Shown piece after piece: positions 1 to 7,857 of a stretch of DNA of 20,112 nt. A program made the position numbers and the translations under genes. This stretch comes from Bdellovibrionota bacterium (GTDB lineage Bacteria > Bdellovibrionota_C > UBA2361 > OMII01), in assembly GCA_044345405.1 (NCBI GenBank), contig JBIJBE010000054.1, positions 1-20,112 on the forward strand. Direction: 5' to 3'. Below the pieces are notes generated by a model. That model was not told the origin of the DNA. It saw only the letters and a program-made list of their open reading frames with translations, and did no database searches. The first letter of the stretch is position 1. Every line of letters starts with the position of its first letter.

Positions 1-800
1 GTGTTGGTTATCGTCGGGCTCACTGTTGGGGTGGTCGTGGCGGTGGTCGTCGCTGTTTGAGTCGCGGTTTGCGTGACCGTAGGGGTTGTAGTCGGCGTCA
101 TCGTCGCGGTCGATGTACTGGTGGCTGTCGGCGTCATCGTTTGCGTTTGAGTGACTGTTGGAGTTACCGTCGGCGTTGTTGTCGCCGTAGCCGTATTGGT
201 TATCGTCGGGCTCGTTGTTGGGGTGGTCGTGGCGGTGGACGTGGCGGTGGTCGTCGCTGTTTGAGTCGCGGTTTGCGTGACCGTAGGCGTTGTAGTCGGC
301 GTGATCGTCGCGGTCGATGTGCTGGTAGCTGTCGGCGTCATCGTTTGCGTTTGAGTGACTGTTGGAGTTACCGTCGGCGTTGTTGTCGCGGTAGCCGTGT
401 TGGTTATCGTCGGGCTCGTTGTTGGGGTGGTCGTGGCGGTGGTCGTAGCGGTTGTAGTCGCTGTTTGAGTGGCCGTTTGCGTGACCGTAGGCGTTGTAGT
501 CGGCGTCATCGTCGCGGTCGATGTGCTGGTAGGTGTCGGCGTCATCGTTCGCGTTTGAGTGACTGTTGGAGTTACCGTCGGCGTTGTTGTCCCCGTCGCC
601 GTGTTGGTTATCGTCGGGCTCAATGTTGGGGTGGTCGTGGCGGTGGTCGTAGCGGTTGTAGTCGCTGTTTGAGTGGCCGTTTGCGTGACGGTAGGCGTTG
701 TAGTCGGCGTCATCGTTCGCGTTTGAGTGACTGTTGGAGTTACCGTCGGCGTTGTTGTCCCCGTCGCCGTGTTGGTTATCGTCGGGCTCGTTGTTGGGGT
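1..800 (-). repeat. Intragenic tandem repeat of ~170-200 nt encoding Thr/Pro-rich units
   Basis: The anchor GT(G/A)TTGGTTATCGTCGGGCTC recurs at 1, 193, 397, 601 and 769. Spacings are 192, 204, 204 and 168 nt, all multiples of 3. Confidence 0.9.
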
Positions 801-3485
801 TTGCGTCATCGTTGGGGTCACGGTCGGAGTTGTCGTTGCCGTCGGGGTGACGGTCACCGTCGCGGTTGTTGTCGCGGTTTGAGTAACCGTAGGCGTTAGA
901 GTCGGTGTGTTCGTCGCCGTCGATGTACTAGTCGCCGTCGGCGTTTGCGTTCGCGTTTGAGTCACCGTTGGAGTGACCGTTGGGCTTTGAGTGGGCGTTG
1001 TGGTTGGAGTTTGAGTTGCGGTGAGTGTTGTTGTCGGTGTAGCCGTTGCGGTCTGCGTCGCCGTTGCGGTAGAGGTCGCGGTCGGCGTTCGCGTAGAAGT
1101 TGCTGTCGGCGTGGGAGTCGGCGTTGGGAACCAATTGACGTTGCCGCCTGAGTCAACTGAATTAGTCGGAGAGATTCCTGTCGCCGCGATATTGGTGCTG
1201 TCTTGCACATCAACATAGGAGATAGCGCGTGAGCCCTGCGGATCAATGGACCAGGTAGAACCTCCAACGCTAGAACGAAGCGAGAGAGGCTGTCCAGCCG
1301 CGCCCTGGAGTGTCAGTGTTCCTGTTGTCGTCTGTGTTGTGCCGGCGGTGAAATAGAGCGTATCAGCCGACACGACGCTCTTCGTTAAGTTGTAGAAACT
1401 GGTCGACCCCGCGATCGTCTTGCCCGCGCCCACAAGCGACACGGTGCCTGAGTTTGACTGAAATGTACCGCCAGTGCGTGAGAAATTACCCGCTACGCTA
1501 AGGGTCGTTGGCGCTGAAAACGTTCCACTGCTGAGGGTAAAGTTTCCACCAAGGGTGAGCGTGCCACTCGCCGAGAGTGTGTCGTTTGAGTCGGTCATGG
1601 CGACATTGATATCGGTATACGACGAGGCAAAGGAGAGCGAGTAGGTATCCGCCGCTCCATCTCCATCACCTATAAATGTGACCGGCCCCTGAGCGTTAAA
1701 CGCGCCGCCGTAGGTGTTGGTTCGCGTCGCGGTTTTCGTTGTGATTGGTCCATCGCTAGTAAATGTTCCGTCGATATTAGCCACCAAGGTGCCTGTGCCA
1801 AACGTAGTAGTGCCATAATAATCAATAATCGATAAGTTATAGCTACCAGACCCGCTATTGTTGAGCGTAATGTTTGGTGAATCACCGAAGGGAACCGTAG
1901 CCCCCACTATCGAGAGTGTGCGGGTCGTAGCGCTATTGATCGTTCGATTGATGACGATTCGCGATACGTTGGCGCTCCCCTTAAAAATGTCTACGCTTGT
2001 ATCTGCGTCTAAGGAGCCGTCTAATGTGAGTGTGCCTACTGACCCATAATCAAGATTATCGGGAGTAAAAGAGCCCTCAACATAAAAATCAGTACTCGAC
2101 GCGAGAACTATTGGGGATCCACCTTCAGTATCGAGACTCCCATTAACATCCCAGGAAGTGGCATTTGGGAAACCACAAACACTAGAGCAGATTACATCAC
2201 CATTAAATACAGCGCTCGTAATATAGGGCATATCGAAACTCATTGCTCCGACGGTAACTTCAGTCGACGCGGCATTAATAGTTAATGTGCCTGATCCTGA
2301 GTTTGCTAGTCCTGCATAAAATGAAACCGTGAGGGTAGCACCAGGTACATTGACCGTCGGACTATTGCCGACAAGAGAGTAGGTCCCATTTTCAAGCGTT
2401 AGGTTGCTACAACCAGAGCCTCGGTTGATTGTTGTGTCAAAAGAATTCCCACTACCTATACTGACTGTTGTGGCCGCCCCGGAGTACGAGCCATCGAGTA
2501 CAAGGGTTCCTGGAGTAGAAAGGAGTATTCCCGAAATCGATACATTCCGCTCAACAGACAATGTGTCCGAGGTGGTAAAGAATGATGCGCCACTAGATAC
2601 CGATATAGATCCGTTGATATCGATAGTAGAGTCTCCACCGACGAAGGTTCCGTCATCCTGCGTGAAACCTGATGATCCAACGGTAATAGAGATGCCTGAG
2701 CTTTGTGTCACCGTGCCTGTATAGCCCGACTCGATGACTATGCCCTTAACGGAGAGATTGGAGTTAACAGTGGCGTCGTTGGTACACGACGAGGTGAAGA
2801 ACGCGACATCACCTGTCGAGGGAACCCCGATACCGCCGCCACTGCCGCAACTTGCCGGGCTTGACGACCAGTTGGAGGCGTCTGATGTATTTCCGCCGGC
2901 GCTTCCGACCCAATAATAGTTACCTGAGGGAGTAGCTGTGGCTGTCGCGGTTGCCATCGGTGACGAGGTCGCTGTCGTCGTCGCGGTCAATGTGCTCGTA
3001 GCTGTCGGTGTCCTCGTAGGACTCGCGGTCGCGGTTAACGTTGGGGTTGAGGTTATCGTGCTCGTCGCGAACGCTGTCGCTGTTGGGGCTGTTGTCGGCG
3101 TCGCGCTGGACAGAGGAGTCGCAGTCGCCGTGACAACCGCTGTCGGGGTGGCCGTTGCCATGACAGTAGCTGTCGCCGTCGTAATCGGCGACGAGGTCAC
3201 AGTTACCGTCGATGTCATCGTCGGGATTGCCGTGAATGTCCGAGTCGGCGTTGCGGTTGCTGTCGAAAGCGTAGCAGTGGCGGTGACTATTGTGGTCGGT
3301 GTAGCTGTCGCTAGCGCAGGTGTCGATGTCGCAGTCGTTAATGCTGTCGCTGTTGGCGCTGGTGTCGGCGTCGCGCTGGACAGAGGGGTCGCTGTCGCCG
3401 TCGACACTGCGGTCGACGTCCTCGTCGCGGTCTGCGCCAACGTCCCCGTTGGCACCAACAACACGATCATCACCAACAGGAGCAT
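1..3485 (-). CDS. Large secreted/surface adhesin-like protein (signal peptide, Thr/Ala/Pro-rich linker, predicted beta-helix region, Thr/Pro tandem repeats); 3' end outside the window
   Basis: Manual translation from ATG 3485 reads MLLLVMIVLLVPTGTLAQTATRTSTAVSTATATPLSSATPT..., then GNYYWVGSAGGNTSDASNWSSSPASCGSGGGIGVPSTGDVAFF... (from ~2925), G/S/T/N-rich beta-strand repeats, ...SYVDVQDSTNIAATGISPTNSVDSGGNVNWF (~1128), then TPTPTAT-type repeats to the edge. No in-frame stop seen. It is absent from the ORF track, consistent with it lacking a stop inside the window. The start codon is uncertain. Confidence 0.85.
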   Translation of the reverse strand, partial: MLLLVMIVLLVPTGTLAQTATRTSTAVSTATATPLSSATPTPAPTATALTTATSTPALATATPTTIVTATATLSTATATPTRTFTAIPTMTSTVTVTSSPITTATATVMATATPTAVVTATATPLSSATPTTAPTATAFATSTITSTPTLTATASPTRTPTATSTLTATTTATSSPMATATATATPSGNYYWVGSAGGNTSDASNWSSSPASCGSGGGIGVPSTGDVAFFTSSCTNDATVNSNLSVKGIVIESGYTGTVTQSSGISITVGSSGFTQDDGTFVGGDSTIDINGSISVSSGASFFTTSDTLSVERNVSISGILLSTPGTLVLDGSYSGAATTVSIGSGNSFDTTINRGSGCSNLTLENGTYSLVGNSPTVNVPGATLTVSFYAGLANSGSGTLTINAASTEVTVGAMSFDMPYITSAVFNGDVICSSVCGFPNATSWDVNGSLDTEGGSPIVLASSTDFYVEGSFTPDNLDYGSVGTLTLDGSLDADTSVDIFKGSANVSRIVINRTINSATTRTLSIVGATVPFGDSPNITLNNSGSGSYNLSIIDYYGTTTFGTGTLVANIDGTFTSDGPITTKTATRTNTYGGAFNAQGPVTFIGDGDGAADTYSLSFASSYTDINVAMTDSNDTLSASGTLTLGGNFTLSSGTFSAPTTLSVAGNFSRTGGTFQSNSGTVSLVGAGKTIAGSTSFYNLTKSVVSADTLYFTAGTTQTTTGTLTLQGAAGQPLSLRSSVGGSTWSIDPQGSRAISYVDVQDSTNIAATGISPTNSVDSGGNVNWFPTPTPTPTATSTRTPTATSTATATQTATATPTTTLTATQTPTTTPTQSPTVTPTVTQTRTQTPTATSTSTATNTPTLTPTVTQTATTTATVTVTPTATTTPTVTPTMTQTPTTSPTITNTATGTTTPTVTPTVTQTRTMTPTTTPTVTQTATQTATTTATTTATTTPTLSPTITNTATGTTTPTVTPTVTQTRTMTPTPTSTSTATMTPTTTPTVTQTATQTATTTATTTATTTPTTSPTITNTATATTTPTVTPTVTQTQTMTPTATSTSTATITPTTTPTVTQTATQTATTTATSTATTTPTTSPTITNTATATTTPTVTPTVTQTQTMTPTATSTSTATMTPTTTPTVTQTATQTATTTATTTPTVSPTITN

Positions 3486-3828
3486 CGCTCCACGCCACGC
3501 GCGCTTTTCATTTTTTGCGCAGGTATGATCTGAAGCACTTAGGGTATTAAGTGCGATGAGAGAAAAGAAAATTTTTATGGCTCGAAGCCACGCAGCCGCT
3601 CTGCTGTCGCGTTCACCCTTGCGTGTAATAAGGGAGTGAGCCAAAAAATTCTCCGACAAAAACCTTCTCGAGTTGCCTGCGAGAAACGCGGGAAAAAAAC
3701 CTCTGCTTTCCGTTGCTACGACTGAGAGCACACCGTCCGGTTTCGGTGTGATGGATCCGCGGCGGTAGTTGGAGCTTGTGGCCGCACTAACTAGGTCGGC
3801 CTACTTTTTGAAATCATTGAGCTTTCAA

Positions 3829-3935
3829 CGACCAAAAACTGAGTTTTCCGGCTCCCCAAAGACCCACTTTTTAAGACGCGAAATGTGGTACTTAGGGGGC
3901 ATCTTTGAGCGGTCAAAACCCCTAGTTTTTGGTCG
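3829..3935. repeat. Long imperfect hairpin closed by a perfect 12-bp inverted repeat
   Basis: CGACCAAAAACT (3829-3840) pairs with AGTTTTTGGTCG (3924-3935). Inner segments also pair: GTTTT/AAAAC, GCTC/GAGC, CAAAGA/TCTTTG, CCAC/GTGG. Confidence 0.7.
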
Positions 3936-4317
3936 GTAAAACGGCGCCTCATTCGGGCTTTCTGACACCAAATTGGAGGGCAGCCAGGGAAGCTTCCGCA
4001 GAGCGGCTGCCAGGGGTCGCTTGAGTGCCGACTCGACGCTCGGCGCCCCCCGCAAGCGCCTGTAATTATTTGGCATTGCCTCTTAGATCACGCTTTGTAC
4101 CCGTTTGAGCACGGAGAGTTTGCCGAGGTTCAAAAATGGAATCGCAAACTACGCAAAACCTGCATAGGGACACAAAAAGTGGAAGCGGCTCTTGGAAAAT
4201 GGGTCGAAGGGGGCTCGATACAAACACCATCCCACCCTCAAAGGAGGTGCGGGGCACAGAGGGGATTCTCTCACGACAGGCCGATGATGGCGTGATGGGG
4301 AAATGTTCGACGCGAGA

Positions 4318-4429
4318 CGATCAGCGATCAGCGATTAGCGATCAGCGATCAGCGATCAGCGATCAGCGATCAGCGATCAGCGATCAGCGATCAGCGATCA
4401 GCGATCAGCGATCAGCGATCAGCGATCAC
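4318..4429. repeat. Heptanucleotide tandem repeat (CGATCAG)x16
   Basis: Read directly: 16 units, with unit 3 = CGATTAG and the last = CGATCAA. It lies 4 nt beyond the argS stop codon. Confidence 0.97.
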
Positions 4430-4433
4430 AACA

Positions 4434-6590
4434 CTACATCCTTTCAACTGTTTCAATACCGAGGAGCGAGAGCCCGTGCTGGATCACAAGACCCGTCGCG
4501 TTCACCAACGCCGCTCGCGCGAGTTTCAGCTCCGCGGTCTCAGCATGCAGCACTGAACAGTTCTGATACATTCGACTGAACCGTTTCGCGAGATCATACA
4601 CGTACGCGCAGAGCATGTGCGGACTGTATCGTTCACACGCCGACTCAAGGACGGTGTGATACTCATTGATCAATCGCAGCACATCGACCTCAGTTTCATC
4701 GGTGAGAAGTTCCCACTTCGCGTCACCGAGGTTAAGGTCGTTCATGCCGAGCTCTCGCAAGATCGACCGAGTTCGAGCGTAGGCGTACATCATGTAAGGA
4801 CCGGTGTTGCCGGTCTTCGATGTCCAGGCCTCCATATCGAACACAACGAGCGAGTTATTGTCGACATTCAACATTCCGTAGCGCATCGTCGCGAGAGCGA
4901 TACGCCGAGCCGCTTCATGACGCTCCGCGTCTGGCCACTCCCCGATGTACTTGTCGAGGAACTCAGAGTTGATCTTACTCAGCAGTCGCTCCTTGAGAGC
5001 TGACATCAAGATGACCGTACCTTTTCGGCTACTCATCTTCCCTTCGGGCGTGACAACTTGCGCGTACGAACAGTGGAAGCACTTCTTCACCTGCTCGTAG
5101 CCCATGAGCTCAAGACACCTGAAAACCTGTTGAAAATGAAGGGTTTGAGCCGCGTCGACGACGTAGACCGATCGGTCAACTTTGAACTCCTCAAACTTTC
5201 GCTGCGCGAGAGCGAGGTCTCGAGTCGCGTAAAGCGCGGTGCCGTCCCGCTTAATCAAAACACAGAAGCCGAGACCATCTTTCGAGAGATCAGCGCCAAC
5301 GGCGCCCTGTGACTCAATGAAAACTCCCTTCTTCTGAAATTCACGAACGAGCTCCTTGCTCGTCTCTCCATACTCAGACTCATAGAAGAAATGATCGAAG
5401 GAGCAGTTGAGCCACGCAAAGGTTTCTTTAAGTTCATCGATCGACCACTGACGAGTTTTGACCCAGAAATCCTTCATCTCTGGATCTTGAGACTCAAGCT
5501 TTTGAAGAACCGCCGAGACCTCGCCGTTCCACTTCTGCAACGTCGGAAGGATAAGCTGTCCATCCGGCAACGACCCCGGAATCTTGAACACCTCTATGAG
5601 ATCAATTCCGATGCCATGCTCGTTTATCTTCAAGAGATCCGCGGGAACCTCGACGCGAAAAACGGTCTTCCCCTCCCCTACTCCGAGCTCATCCTCCGCG
5701 AGCATCAAGCCGACGCTCTGTACACCCTTCCGATCCGCGGCGGTGATCTGACGAGAACCGAGTGCGACGCCGGGAGCGGCGTGCGCCACGATCCATCCGG
5801 GCTGCACGTTCGAGGCGGTCTTCTTTTGCGACACGACCTGGACAGGACCATCAACGGTGGTGAGCGTCACTACAAACCACTCACTCTCACTCGGATGAGT
5901 CTCAACCTTCTCGACACGAGCGGTCTTCACACCCTTGATCTCGCACCGGGAATAGCTGCCAATGTCGAGTTGCGAGGTGGCGCTAACGTACGCTTCTCCT
6001 AGGAATTCCAAGCGGTTAGACGCTGGCATCTTCCTCTCTGGATGGCTCAGAAGGTACCAAAGACATTTCGCGACATGCGTGCCTTCGTCTCCGAGATAAT
6101 TGACGGGCATCGTGCTGAATCCGTTCCACGCGAACAGCCGTGCGATTGAATCACCCAACGATGCGTTGCGAATATGCCCAACGTGAAACGATTTGTGCGT
6201 GTTCACGTTTCCGTATTCCACCATCACTCGATCCGTCTTCGCGGAGCGATTCTTGAGGAATTCGCCATTAAGGATCGCGGGTACAAGGGCGGCCGCAAGC
6301 GACGCCTTGTTCAGAATGAAATTAATGTATGGCCCGATCGCGACAGCTTTTTGAATCTCCTTCTCGGCGTCCAACAGCGGCGTAATCTTCGCGACAAGAT
6401 CAGCGGCGATCGCTGGCGGTGCCTTCTTAAGCGCGCGAGCGAGTTGAAAACATGGAAACGCGATATCTCCATGATTCGAGTCCTTCGGAGTCTCTAGAAG
6501 ATTCTCGATCTCAGTCGCTGTAAGCGACACACCCTCGATACCACCTACAACTTGAGCGAGAACACGCGCTACCGTCGACTGACCGATCAT
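4434..6590 (-). CDS. argS: Arginine--tRNA ligase with an internal tRNA-binding OB-fold-like insertion
   Basis: N-terminal Add1 motifs (HGDIAFPCFQLA, GPYINF), HIGH-like HVGH (aa 136-139), NYLGD, DGTALYATRDLA, QTLHFQQV, KMSSRKG, GNTGPYMMYAYAR, and the canonical C-terminus LLGIETVERM. GGAG ribosome-binding site upstream. Confidence 0.97.
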   Translation of the reverse strand: MIGQSTVARVLAQVVGGIEGVSLTATEIENLLETPKDSNHGDIAFPCFQLARALKKAPPAIAADLVAKITPLLDAEKEIQKAVAIGPYINFILNKASLAAALVPAILNGEFLKNRSAKTDRVMVEYGNVNTHKSFHVGHIRNASLGDSIARLFAWNGFSTMPVNYLGDEGTHVAKCLWYLLSHPERKMPASNRLEFLGEAYVSATSQLDIGSYSRCEIKGVKTARVEKVETHPSESEWFVVTLTTVDGPVQVVSQKKTASNVQPGWIVAHAAPGVALGSRQITAADRKGVQSVGLMLAEDELGVGEGKTVFRVEVPADLLKINEHGIGIDLIEVFKIPGSLPDGQLILPTLQKWNGEVSAVLQKLESQDPEMKDFWVKTRQWSIDELKETFAWLNCSFDHFFYESEYGETSKELVREFQKKGVFIESQGAVGADLSKDGLGFCVLIKRDGTALYATRDLALAQRKFEEFKVDRSVYVVDAAQTLHFQQVFRCLELMGYEQVKKCFHCSYAQVVTPEGKMSSRKGTVILMSALKERLLSKINSEFLDKYIGEWPDAERHEAARRIALATMRYGMLNVDNNSLVVFDMEAWTSKTGNTGPYMMYAYARTRSILRELGMNDLNLGDAKWELLTDETEVDVLRLINEYHTVLESACERYSPHMLCAYVYDLAKRFSRMYQNCSVLHAETAELKLARAALVNATGLVIQHGLSLLGIETVERM

Positions 6591-6602
6591 ACTATCTCCG
6601 AA

Positions 6603-7487
6603 CTACTTTCCAGATTTTTTCTCTTGAACCAGCAGATTGTGCAGATACTGGCCGTAGGAGCTCTTCTTTTGCCCCTCGATGATCTTTTCCAACTGAGCCG
6701 CGTCGATAAAGCCCATCGAGTACGCGATCTCCTCGATACACGCCACCATCAATCCCTGCCGCTCTTGGAGCGTTTGAATGAAATTGCACGCCTGTAAGAG
6801 CGATTCGTGCGTTCCCGTGTCCAGCCACGCCATTCCTCGGCCGAGGACCTCAACGTTGAGCTTCCTGTTCTTGAGGTATTCCCGATTGACGTCCGTAATC
6901 TCGAGCTCTCCTCGAGGAGAGGGCTTGAGGTTCGCCGCGATATCGAGCACATCGTTGTCGTAGAAGTAGAGGCCCGTTACGGCGTATGGAGACTTCGGGT
7001 TGGTTGGCTTCTCGACTAGATCAATGGCGCGGCCCTCTTGATCAAACTCCACCACACCATAACGTTCCGGATCCTTCACTCGGTAGCCAAATACTGTGGC
7101 GCCATCCTTCCGAGCAGCCGCTTTGCGGAGCGCCTCAGGAAACCCATGTCCGAAGAAGATATTGTCTCCGAGAGCGAGGGCGACAGTATCGTTCCCCACA
7201 AACTCACGACCGATGATGAACGCTTGCGCGAGACCATCGGGGCTCGGCTGTTCAGCGTATTGGAATGAAACTCCCCACTGAGAACCATCTCCCAGCAATC
7301 GTCGAAACCCCGGAAGGTCGTGAGGCGTCGAGATAACGAGAATCTCACGAATCCCGGAAAGGAGCAGGGTCGACAACGGGTAGTACACCATCGGCTTGTC
7401 GTAGATCGGCAGGAGCTGCTTACTAACAGCCAAAGTTACTGGATGAAGGCGAGTCCCTGACCCACCAGCTAAGATTATACCCTTCAT
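6603..7487 (-). CDS. rmlA: Glucose-1-phosphate thymidylyltransferase
   Basis: [62 protein letters not shown] and WLDTGT motifs; 294 aa is the typical RmlA/RfbA length. Confidence 0.97.
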   Translation of the reverse strand: MKGIILAGGSGTRLHPVTLAVSKQLLPIYDKPMVYYPLSTLLLSGIREILVISTPHDLPGFRRLLGDGSQWGVSFQYAEQPSPDGLAQAFIIGREFVGNDTVALALGDNIFFGHGFPEALRKAAARKDGATVFGYRVKDPERYGVVEFDQEGRAIDLVEKPTNPKSPYAVTGLYFYDNDVLDIAANLKPSPRGELEITDVNREYLKNRKLNVEVLGRGMAWLDTGTHESLLQACNFIQTLQERQGLMVACIEEIAYSMGFIDAAQLEKIIEGQKKSSYGQYLHNLLVQEKKSGK

Positions 7488-7857
7488 GCGTCGACCTCTT
7501 CGGATAATGAACGCTCGCCCTCCCCGTCACTGAGGAAGGCCACCCGGTGCAGCCTAGCAGGAACCGTTTCTTTTTTCACTACAGGGCCCCCTTGGACTGG
7601 GCGAAGCCTTCAGCCGAGAAAAACCCAATAAATCTGGCATCTACCCCAGGCCATTACGTTAAAACGCACTTCGGAGCCGTCGCGTAGGCCAGTGAGCGGA
7701 TAGGGCCTCAGATACACGATAGAGACGATGATTTCGACCGCAAAGGACGCGAAGGACACAACGATCGGACCAAGATGTGCCCCTATCCTCATGGCATTGA
7801 GGAGCCCCGACCGTCTTGAACCTTTCTCATCGCCACGGTTTGTGGTCAGATCGAGGG

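Noticed and set aside
1-800. Possible CRISPR array
   Set aside because: The sequence between anchors is also repeated (no unique spacers), unit lengths are multiples of 3 within a coding frame, and there are no cas genes. The 4318-4429 array has no spacers at all.
57-899. 280-aa Arg/Cys/Gly-rich ORF on the + strand
   Set aside because: Antisense shadow of the Thr/Pro repeat region of the minus-strand adhesin.
2920-3528. Asp-rich (-) and Val/Ala-rich (+) ORFs
   Set aside because: Alternative-frame and antisense readings of the adhesin's Thr/Ala-rich tract.
3823-3942. Integron attC site
   Set aside because: The hairpin size fits, but the ends (TTTCAAC / GTAAAAC) do not match RYYYAAC / GTTRRRY, and there is no integrase or cassette array.
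3540-4429. Replication origin, suggested by A/T tracts and the GATC cluster
   Set aside because: I found no clear TTATCCACA-type DnaA boxes here, and there are no dnaA, dnaN or gidA neighbours.
4136-4579. 147-aa ORF with DQRSAIS repeats
   Set aside because: A translation of the 7-mer DNA repeat; it overlaps the argS 3' end in antisense.
7610-7792. 60-aa minus-strand ORF between rmlA and dacB
   Set aside because: No recognisable motif or convincing ribosome-binding site; it lies in a divergent promoter region. It cannot be excluded but is unsupported.
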